This document shows, piece by piece, positions 1 through 7,576 of a stretch of 64,000 bases of DNA. Numbering within the stretch: the stretch's first letter is position 1; every line of letters starts with the position of its first letter. The notes beneath the pieces are model-generated. The model was given only the letters and a program-made list of their open reading frames with translations, was not told the origin of the DNA and made no database searches. The stretch spans positions 1-64,000 of the forward strand of contig CBDHHL010000048.1 of assembly GCA_965263355.1 (NCBI GenBank), in the 5' to 3' direction. Source of the stretch: Leptolyngbyaceae cyanobacterium (GTDB lineage: Bacteria > Cyanobacteriota > Cyanobacteriia > Phormidesmidales > Phormidesmidaceae). The position numbers and the translations under genes were made by a program.

Positions 1-583
1 GAATGTAAGGCGCTAGTACCTGACTGGCACCGTCGGGCAGTTGATATTGGTTTTGTCTAAGCCAGGTTTCTAACCCGTCTGACTCCCGAGCGCTGAGAAT
101 AAGAATGTCGTACTCTCCAACAGAAAATTGTTCCTCAATGGTGACCCCAAGAGATTCGGAGGATGCGGGGGCAGGAGAAGCTTGGGCGCGATTACGGGCA
201 AAGCTTAAGTCTTCTGCTGCTTCCAACCGATACATAACTTGGCAGGGATCACTGTCAAAATATTCCACCAGTCGCGGTGCGCTAAAGGCATCGAGACGGT
301 CGAGAATAATTTTCTCGGCGACGTCTACCTGGTCTTCGGTAATGATAGTGGGGACGGGGACGACGAGGGCAAAGTCGCTGACCTCTCCCTGGTAGTCGTT
401 ACCCATGGTGAGTACGGTGTGGTTGCCGTCACGGGCAATGGCGACTTGGGAGGCTTTGTTATAGAGATTGGTGTCAGCCTTGGCGACGTAAAAGCCGCAA
501 AAGGCGTGGGCGGGTTGGGGATGGATGCTAAAGGTGGCAATGGCGATGATGACTAGCATTGCCATGCGTAACAGGTTAAACAT
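1..583 (-). CDS. DUF2330-family exported protein, N-terminal part (runs off window start)
   Basis: Not in the ORF track. Manual minus-strand translation from ATG at 583: MFNLLRMAMLVIIAIATFSIHPQPAHAFCGFYVAKADTNLYNKASQVAIARDGNHTVLTMGNDYQGEVSDFALVVPVP. Signal peptide plus the AFCGFYVAKAD motif typical of DUF2330. Confidence 0.85.
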   Translation of the reverse strand, partial: MFNLLRMAMLVIIAIATFSIHPQPAHAFCGFYVAKADTNLYNKASQVAIARDGNHTVLTMGNDYQGEVSDFALVVPVPTIITEDQVDVAEKIILDRLDAFSAPRLVEYFDSDPCQVMYRLEAAEDLSFARNRAQASPAPASSESLGVTIEEQFSVGEYDILILSARESDGLETWLRQNQYQLPDGASQVLAPYI

Positions 584-644
584 ACAGGGGTCCTAACTGA
601 AAAACAAAAGAAGAGAGAGCGTAATGTAGTGCGAAGCCAACATT

Positions 645-738
645 CTCCCCTCCTGGGAGGGGCTCCGGGGTGGGTTGACCGTTGGTGCTAGTGGTCGAAA
701 CCCACCCCGCCTGACCGGCACCCCTCCCGAGAGGGGGG
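645..738. repeat. Composite REP-like palindromic element (intergenic)
   Basis: Hairpins CCCCTCC-tg-GGAGGGG (647-662), GGGGTGGGTT...AACCCACCCC (667-708) and CCCCTC-ccga-GAGGGG (721-736). Confidence 0.8.
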
Positions 739-791
739 TGAACTTAAATTGGTAGATTTTAGTTAAAAGAATTCTTGTGAGACATTTTGGG

Positions 792-1790
792 TTATCTCGC
801 AGAAGATAGTTGGGTAGGTCTAAACTGTTTCCACTCAAATCGAGGAGACTCCCATAGTTTGTCAAGGATAATTGTCAAGGGAGCTAATAGAAACAACGCC
901 CAGAACACAGCTGTAGAGAGATAAAACTGATTGCGTAATACAAACGTCACCATGGCAATTGCTAATGCCCAGATTAATCTTGCTGGTCGGGCATTGGGAA
1001 TTGATCTTGGGTCGGTCACCATAAATAGGGCAAACAACAATAGTGATCCACTGGTCATGCGGTGGGCCCATACGTCCCAGGTCCAGCCAAGGTATAGGTT
1101 ACGTAATGCTTCTAGTAGGGCATAGCTGGCTAAAAACATGCCGGTGGTGTCCCAGCGTCCGACGCGCTTGAGCACCATGCCGCCTGCGCCGACGAAGATT
1201 AGGGCGTACCAGATCTCATCACCCCACTGACCGGGGGAGACCCAGGCGTCGTTGGTGAGGGTGAGGGCAGCGATGATGCCGAGGTTGGCGGGGTTGAAGA
1301 AGTGTTTGTTGTTAGTTTTGAAGATGAATTTGCTGGCGATCGCAACCCCAACGGCAAAGGCCATAGTGACGATGTGGTCGGTTCGTAGCAAAAGGCTTAG
1401 GCCCAGGGCGGTGATCAGGGGACTACGCCAGTTGAATGTCCATGTGTTCTCTAATGTCCTCCCCTTTAGAAGGGGAGGTGCCGAAGGCGGAGGGGTTTCG
1501 GTAGTTTGAGCAAGATGTCGAGCCCCCTCCCTGACGGTTCCCCTGCTAAAGGGGAACCAGTTGGTTAACTTTTCGAGGTGAAGGGTTAGCTTTTTGTGAG
1601 AGCCCAGCCAGGAAAGCAGTCCTTGGGTCGTTAGGGCTGTGAGGATGGCCGTTGCAATGATGGCGGGCTGTAGGGACCAGTCACGCATGGCGACTCCTAA
1701 GCATAGAAATAATGTCAGGCAGAGGACTTGGTAGTCGCGGGCGTCGTTGAATAGGCAAAAACGTGGTGGTCGATTTTTAGAGGCATCCAT
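792..1790 (-). CDS. RnfD/NqrB-like integral membrane protein
   Basis: Many TM segments and the motifs HFFNPAN and FALFMVTDPRS. Likely start MDASK at 1790; the longer ORF start at 1925 runs into the IS end. Confidence 0.8.
   Translation of the reverse strand: MDASKNRPPRFCLFNDARDYQVLCLTLFLCLGVAMRDWSLQPAIIATAILTALTTQGLLSWLGSHKKLTLHLEKLTNWFPFSRGTVREGARHLAQTTETPPPSAPPLLKGRTLENTWTFNWRSPLITALGLSLLLRTDHIVTMAFAVGVAIASKFIFKTNNKHFFNPANLGIIAALTLTNDAWVSPGQWGDEIWYALIFVGAGGMVLKRVGRWDTTGMFLASYALLEALRNLYLGWTWDVWAHRMTSGSLLLFALFMVTDPRSIPNARPARLIWALAIAMVTFVLRNQFYLSTAVFWALFLLAPLTIILDKLWESPRFEWKQFRPTQLSSAR
1458..1558. repeat. REP-like palindromic element inside the RnfD-like CDS
   Basis: CCTCCCCTT-tag-AAGGGGAGG (1458-1478), GCC-gaa-GGC, GGAGGGG...CCCCTCC, and GGTTCCCCT-gctaa-AGGGGAACC (1536-1558). 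Confidence 0.8.
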
Positions 1791-1920
1791 AGGCTGCTTT
1801 CCATACAGGCAACTATGGCCGCTAGTATGGCTGATGCAAAACCTGGATGTCCCCTGAGTTTCAAAAAACGAAACGAATTGAATTGCTGAACTGCCCCGTA
1901 ATAGAGCATTTCTAAGATAA

Positions 1921-2421
1921 GACATGACTTGGAAGTTTACGAGCAGAGAAAAATAACGTGTGCGAGCAGAGTTAGGTTGGCATCAGCAACTCCATAATGA
2001 GATCAACCGACTGCCCTTGCTTTGTGAGTTGACTAATCACCTGGACCACCGGTTCGAAGGCATCCCGAGATAAGGAGTATAGTCGCTGGCCGATGGGTTA
2101 CTGATTGTCATCAGCAACTTCAAACCGCTCAGATTTTTGGCCACAACGGCTGGCCTGCTGAAGCGCAGACTGCGCTACACAACTTAAGCAGAAGTAGCGT
2201 TTGACCGCTCTCTCATTGCGCAGCTGAACCTCTTCAAAGCCTGTCAGCTGTTTGGCAAACTCATAAAAGGTTTCTATCGGCCATCGAAAGGTCCAAGTAG
2301 AAAAGATACGACTGGCATCCCAATGGAGGGCATCGGTTAAGAGAAAACGAGGAGCATCACTGAGGTCTTCCGTTTCATAAACAAGTACCTTTTCACCACT
2401 GGCCAAACTCACACTGCCCAC
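1921..2421 (-). pseudogene. Truncated IS701/IS4-superfamily DDE transposase remnant
   Basis: C-terminal transposase motif RWPIETFYEFAKQLTGFEEVQLR. In-frame TAA at 2098-2100, after which the frame continues (PIGQRLYSLSRDAF...) to TAA at 1972-1974. N-terminal part is missing. Probable element end near 1921 (GACATGACTTGGAAG). Confidence 0.75.
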
Positions 2422-2538
2422 TCTTAATCAAGAGTACTAGATACGTTAGCCCATTTCTTAAGGCGGGAAACTTAGAAGCGATACATTGCCAACATAGGTG
2501 CTGTAATCGTTTTGCCGTTTTAGCAGGGGTTCAAAACT

Positions 2539-3708
2539 ATGGCTGAGATTGCCCTTAGAATGCTGAGCAACAGGTTTTCGATTCCTGCCCTGATCAGGAC
2601 AATCAACGACGTTATCCAAAACGAACCCACCAGCAGCATCCAGATACAGGCAAACTCTGGAGAGCACTGGTGGCTTGATTTTTATGAGGCCCAACTATTG
2701 TGGGCTGGTGGCGGCAGCCATCGCTTTCGTCGCTGGCAGCGATTATTGCGGCAAGTCTGTCCTGAGGTTCAACCCAGCCAAGTAAAACTTCGAGAACCTA
2801 ATATATTTGAACACTGGGAATATTTCGCCCTATCGGTCCTGCTACAGCGGCAGCAGATAGATCAGGATATGATTTTCGATATTGTTCAGAAAACCCTTTT
2901 AGAGGTGCTCTTCGACATTTTTCACAGCATCGAGAATCTAGACCAAATTATCCAAACTACTCACAACCTCTCACCCATTACGCAACCCATCAGCAATTCA
3001 TCATTGTTTTACCAGGCAGGAGCCGATCTACAGTCATGGAAAACCACCAACCTGGACTATGCATCCCCGAATCTAGCCCCAGTAATTATTGATACAGTCC
3101 GTCTACAAAAATCTACTCAACCTCGTACATATCAAGTTTTACGACAGTTTTTGCAGGGCAAACATTCACTCCGGACACTAAGCCTGATAATGGAGCACGA
3201 CATGATTGCCCTAGGACGCATGTTAGAAGGTTACATCGAAAGCGATACTGTCGCGCTTAATCCAATTGCTGATTTGTCCGCCCCCTACACAGACCAAGAA
3301 ACAAAAGTCCCTTTTCAGGCTGTAAAAGACCTACCACTTATATTTTGTATTGACGATAGCCCTAAAGTCAGCTATCTGATGGAAGAAACCCTAAGCACAG
3401 CTGGTTATCGCTGCATCAGCCTCCAAGATTCCGTACAGGCTCTGGTGCAAATTATTCGCCATAAGCCGCAGATGATCTTCTTGAGTTCAAACATGCCCAT
3501 TGCCAATGGCTTTGAGATTTGTAAACAAATTCGTCGGGCGAAAGCCTTCTGCCGTACCCCCATTGTTATCTTGCTAGACAACGACAGCTTTATGGAACGG
3601 GCTCGGGCTAAATCTGCAGGGGCTACAACTGCTATGGTTAAGCCTATCACTCCATCTAAAGTTATAGATATAGTAAAACGAGAACTAGCTGCTCTAAAAA
3701 AATCTTAG
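2539..3708 (+). CDS. PatA-family regulator (PATAN domain + atypical receiver)
   Basis: N-terminal W..GG.HRFRRWQR...WEY PATAN-like region; C-terminal REC (CIDDS...MIFLSSNMP...KP). Confidence 0.85.
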   Translation: MAEIALRMLSNRFSIPALIRTINDVIQNEPTSSIQIQANSGEHWWLDFYEAQLLWAGGGSHRFRRWQRLLRQVCPEVQPSQVKLREPNIFEHWEYFALSVLLQRQQIDQDMIFDIVQKTLLEVLFDIFHSIENLDQIIQTTHNLSPITQPISNSSLFYQAGADLQSWKTTNLDYASPNLAPVIIDTVRLQKSTQPRTYQVLRQFLQGKHSLRTLSLIMEHDMIALGRMLEGYIESDTVALNPIADLSAPYTDQETKVPFQAVKDLPLIFCIDDSPKVSYLMEETLSTAGYRCISLQDSVQALVQIIRHKPQMIFLSSNMPIANGFEICKQIRRAKAFCRTPIVILLDNDSFMERARAKSAGATTAMVKPITPSKVIDIVKRELAALKKS

Positions 3709-3793
3709 CAGCGGTCACACATGGCTGGCTGGCATCACTAGCATAGAGATGTCTTTAGCATATCAATGCCCTTTGCCTTGTCATCAGAAATCC

Positions 3794-5005
3794 ATGGAAA
3801 TCAAGCAGTTGATCACGGATGCGCTGCGATTGCCGACAAATGCGATCGCATACCACATCAGCCAATCCCTAACTGAGCTATACCCAGACCGCGAAATGGT
3901 AGAAGGCGAGGAATGTGCCTTTGACCTGGAGGCCTATGCCCGAGACGGTCAGTGTGACATCACCCTCAAACAAGTATTTCATAACCATGTGCCCAGCTAC
4001 TGGGACGGCCAATATCAGCGCACCTATCGGGAAGCCCAAAATGCCCGGTTTGAAGTCAGCTGGCAAGGCCATACATTAGATGTACTGCTTATGACCTGGA
4101 AAGAAGGGTGGAGCGGCACTAACTATTATTGGATTCTGGCAGATACCTTTTCCCTGGCCGATAGTTTTTTTGCCGCCGTCTGCGACTGGAACTCTGAAAT
4201 CCGCGACGAGTTGCTAGTGTTTCAGGATGGTTACTGGTCTAAAAATGCCAATCTCTTTAAGGAGATTCAGTCAGCCACTTTTGACAACTTAGTACTCAGC
4301 GGCAGTCTCAAAGAAGATATTAAAACAGACCTACAAGACTTTTTTGCAGCTCGTGACACCTACGGTGAATATGGCGTTCCCTGGAAGCGTGGGGTGCTCT
4401 TAATTGGCCCTCCCGGCAACGGCAAAACCCATACAGTCAAAGCGTTAGTCAACCTGTTGGAACATCCCTGCCTCTACGTAAAAAGCTTTAAAGCTCAGCA
4501 GGGTCCAGCCAGTACCAATATTAAACAAGTCTTTCAACGGGCCAGACAGGCCGCCCCCTGTTTACTTATTTTGGAAGATTTAGATTCCCTGGTAGATGAT
4601 GAGAATCGCTCATTCTTCTTAAATGAGCTAGATGGCTTTGCCGCTAATGATGGCATTGTTACCATTGCCACCACAAACCACCCTGAAAAGTTGGATGTAG
4701 CGATCCTGGAACGTCCCAGCCGTTTTGACCGGAAATATTACTTTAACTTACCGGCTCTAAAGGAACGGGATACCTACATCCGCCAGTGGAACGAAAAACT
4801 ACGCCCGGAAATGCGTCTAACAGACGTGGCTACAGAGACACTAGCCCATGAAACAGAAGGCTTCTCATTTGCTTACCTGCGAGAGTTGCTGCTAGCCATG
4901 ATGGTCCGCTGGATGCATCAGCAAACCTCTGGCGCAATGTCGTTGATTGCATCAGAGCAGTTAGCACTCCTCAAAACCCAAATGAAAAACCTCGAAACAA
5001 TTTAA
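3794..5005 (+). CDS. AAA+ ATPase
   Basis: Walker A GPPGNGKT, Walker B LILEDLD, SRH TTNHPEKLD...RPSRFD. Confidence 0.9.
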   Translation: MEIKQLITDALRLPTNAIAYHISQSLTELYPDREMVEGEECAFDLEAYARDGQCDITLKQVFHNHVPSYWDGQYQRTYREAQNARFEVSWQGHTLDVLLMTWKEGWSGTNYYWILADTFSLADSFFAAVCDWNSEIRDELLVFQDGYWSKNANLFKEIQSATFDNLVLSGSLKEDIKTDLQDFFAARDTYGEYGVPWKRGVLLIGPPGNGKTHTVKALVNLLEHPCLYVKSFKAQQGPASTNIKQVFQRARQAAPCLLILEDLDSLVDDENRSFFLNELDGFAANDGIVTIATTNHPEKLDVAILERPSRFDRKYYFNLPALKERDTYIRQWNEKLRPEMRLTDVATETLAHETEGFSFAYLRELLLAMMVRWMHQQTSGAMSLIASEQLALLKTQMKNLETI

Positions 5006-5011
5006 CTCTCT

Positions 5012-5058
5012 CCTTGCCCCCAGGCTCTGCCTGGAGCAAGGCACCCCGTGGCTCCACC
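5012..5058. repeat. REP-like hairpin / possible bidirectional terminator between convergent genes
   Basis: CCTTGCcCCCAGG-ctctg-CCTGGaGCAAGG imperfect stem; the CCAGGCTCTGCCTGG core resembles a common cyanobacterial dispersed palindrome. Confidence 0.6.
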
Positions 5059-5108
5059 ATCAAATAGTATTAACACTCTTCATGACCTGAAGAAGTCTCA
5101 AAAAACAT

Positions 5109-6005
5109 TTACACATCAACTTGTGGTTTTGAAAGTAAAGACGTACTTGAATAGATCAATAATGCTGCCCAAATAAAGCTAAAGCTAACCAAATGCGTCT
5201 GCGTAAACGGTTCTCGATACAAAAATACCCCCAACACCAGCTGAATCGACGGAGCCATATACTGACAAAACCCCAACGTCGCTAACGACAACCGCTTCGC
5301 TGCATTATTAAACCAAAGCAACGGCATCGACGTCGCCACTCCAGCCCCAATAAACAACAACGTCAACCCAAAACTACTACCAAAGCTTCCAGTCCCCGTT
5401 GCTCCCCAGTAAAAAATAATCATCAACGCAACCGGAGTCATCAATGCTGTCTCGACAGCCAACCCTGGCATCGGAGCTACCGCCACTAGCTTACGCAACA
5501 ACCCATACAGCGCAAAAGTACCAGCCAAACCCAACGCAATCCAGGGTACTGAACCAAATTGCCAAATAAAATAACTGACACCCACCGTAGCTAACGCCAC
5601 TGCAATCTGCTGCCCTCGGTAAAGCCGTTCCCTCAAGACAACAAATCCCAACAATACCGACACCAGTGGATTAATAAAATACCCCAGGCTAGTCTCCACT
5701 ACGCGATCCGTATTCACACCGTAGATATATAGACCCCAATTAACACTTAGCAGCAAAGCTGTTACCAACAAGCCAAAAACATGACGACGTGAGAGTTTTC
5801 TCAGTTCTGACAATCGTTTTTGCAAAGTTAAGATAAGACCTAAGAATATCAGTGACCACAACATACGATGGCTCAACACTTCGATGGCGGACGCTGAGTG
5901 AAAAAACTTCCAATAGATGGGGAGCAGTCCCCAAGAACCGTAGGCAAGAAATGCATAGAGCGGGCCAGTTTTTGTATTCACAGGAGTTACACCGGTAGGA
6001 CGCAC
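5109..6005 (-). CDS. rarD: EamA/DMT family transporter RarD
   Basis: WGLLPIYWK, ETSLGYFINPL and LGFCQYMAPS motifs; about 10 TM segments. Confidence 0.9.
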   Translation of the reverse strand: MRPTGVTPVNTKTGPLYAFLAYGSWGLLPIYWKFFHSASAIEVLSHRMLWSLIFLGLILTLQKRLSELRKLSRRHVFGLLVTALLLSVNWGLYIYGVNTDRVVETSLGYFINPLVSVLLGFVVLRERLYRGQQIAVALATVGVSYFIWQFGSVPWIALGLAGTFALYGLLRKLVAVAPMPGLAVETALMTPVALMIIFYWGATGTGSFGSSFGLTLLFIGAGVATSMPLLWFNNAAKRLSLATLGFCQYMAPSIQLVLGVFLYREPFTQTHLVSFSFIWAALLIYSSTSLLSKPQVDV

Positions 6006-6113
6006 CTCAACCTAACAAGTAAATTCTGCTGATCACCATCGACCACATTTATAGGGTTCTATACTTAAAAAGATGTAAACTTTTACAAAGCACTAACGTT
6101 ACAAGATATTCCT

Positions 6114-6533
6114 ATGGCCACCGGATTTGGCAAAGCTAACCCTAAACCCAAGGCTTCTGAAAGCACTAAACGTCGTAAAAAAGCCTCCGAGGAAATGGAT
6201 CAGCGGCGAACCTCTGGTGACCCTGAATTTGAGGTGCATATTCGCATCAAGGATAAAAAACAGTGGTACCCAGTGGGTGTAATCGCTGTAAAGCGCTCAG
6301 CTGATATTGATAAAGCCATTTTTGCCAGTGAAGAAGACCTACTGCAGGGCGCATTTCGGATTTATCCCATCCTGCGAAAGAATAAAACTAACTTGGAATA
6401 TGGCTACCGGGTCAAGGAATTTAAAGATGAGCCGATTACTGTAGCAGTGCCCCCCAAACCTGGGGTTGCGGATGGTGTCCAGGCCATTGCTAATCAGGTT
6501 AAGAACGGCATAGCTGGTTTGTTCAACCGTTAA
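6114..6533 (+). CDS. Conserved cyanobacterial protein, HHL1-like
   Basis: N-terminal GFG motif plus WYPVG and LEYGYR motifs. Confidence 0.65.
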   Translation: MATGFGKANPKPKASESTKRRKKASEEMDQRRTSGDPEFEVHIRIKDKKQWYPVGVIAVKRSADIDKAIFASEEDLLQGAFRIYPILRKNKTNLEYGYRVKEFKDEPITVAVPPKPGVADGVQAIANQVKNGIAGLFNR

Positions 6534-6537
6534 ACCA

Positions 6538-7494
6538 TTGGACAATATAGAACGTCTAAACCATGATGTTATTCCCCGGAGAGTGAGCAATGCTCATCCT
6601 CCGTTTTTTAATGATGGCTGGGTGTATTGCGATCGCATCCCCCCTAATCACCCCACAACCACCGTCCTCGACTACTACACCCAAAATTATTGCCACTCAG
6701 ACCGCGCCACCTGGCAAACTCGCATCGAATCAGGTCAAATCCTCTTAAACGACCAACCCACCACCGCCGACACACCGATCACCGTTGGCCAACACCTTAG
6801 CTACTGTCGCCCCCCATGGCAGGAACCCCCAGCACCTTTAGACATCGACACTCTCTACGAAGACGACGTACTACTAGTCGTCGATAAACCATCGGGTCTC
6901 CCCGTACTCCCTGGCGGTAATTTCCTGCAGCACACTCTCCTATGGCAGCTCCGCCAGCACTATCCCTCTGCAGCCCCTATCCATCGCTTAGGTCGTGGCA
7001 CCTCGGGTATTATGCTCATCGCCAAAACCAAGGCGGCCCGTGCTCATTTAAGCCACCAAATGCGCCAACGCTATCTGGGCAAAACCTATCGTACCCTCAT
7101 CGGTCAAGCGCCCGACCTACCTGACTACTTCACCATTAACCATCCCATCGGCAAAATTCCCTATCCCCAGCTAGGTCATATTTACGCCGCTAACCAAAAC
7201 GGTCTCGATGCCCATACTGATTGCAAAGTGGTCCAGCGACGATCTGATACCACCCTGCTAGATGTTGCTATCCTCACTGGCAGACCCCACCAAATTCGAA
7301 TTCATCTGGCGGTCATGGGCTATCCACTCTTGGGAGATCCCTTGTATACCCCTGGCGGTCTCCCCCACTCAGAAGGCACAGCGATACCCAGCGATTGTGG
7401 TTACTGGCTTCATGCCTATCAACTGTCATTCGTACATCCTAAAGGCAAATCGATGACCTTAACCTGTGAGCCAACGTCACAATTACTACCGTAG
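6538..7494 (+). CDS. RluA-family pseudouridine synthase
   Basis: VDKPSGL, HRLGRGTSG, TGRPHQIR and GDPLY motifs. Start codon uncertain. Confidence 0.85.
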   Translation: MDNIERLNHDVIPRRVSNAHPPFFNDGWVYCDRIPPNHPTTTVLDYYTQNYCHSDRATWQTRIESGQILLNDQPTTADTPITVGQHLSYCRPPWQEPPAPLDIDTLYEDDVLLVVDKPSGLPVLPGGNFLQHTLLWQLRQHYPSAAPIHRLGRGTSGIMLIAKTKAARAHLSHQMRQRYLGKTYRTLIGQAPDLPDYFTINHPIGKIPYPQLGHIYAANQNGLDAHTDCKVVQRRSDTTLLDVAILTGRPHQIRIHLAVMGYPLLGDPLYTPGGLPHSEGTAIPSDCGYWLHAYQLSFVHPKGKSMTLTCEPTSQLLP

Positions 7495-7576
7495 GGGTGC
7501 GCATAGGTTCGCTCTCCCGCTACTATTTTGCAGGGAGTTAAGAACTCCCACCACCATCACTACTGCAACGTTCACA

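Noticed and set aside
105..556. ORFs 105-395 (+), 239-556 (+) and 325-540 (-)
   Set aside because: Shadow frames of the real minus-strand DUF2330 gene starting at 583.
593..865. 90-aa minus-strand ORF
   Set aside because: Largely a translation of the GC-rich palindromic repeat; no protein-like features.
7491..7523. GTAG-type REP after the first rluA (gtaggggtgcgc...cccgctac)
   Set aside because: Too degenerate and only one copy seen in the window.
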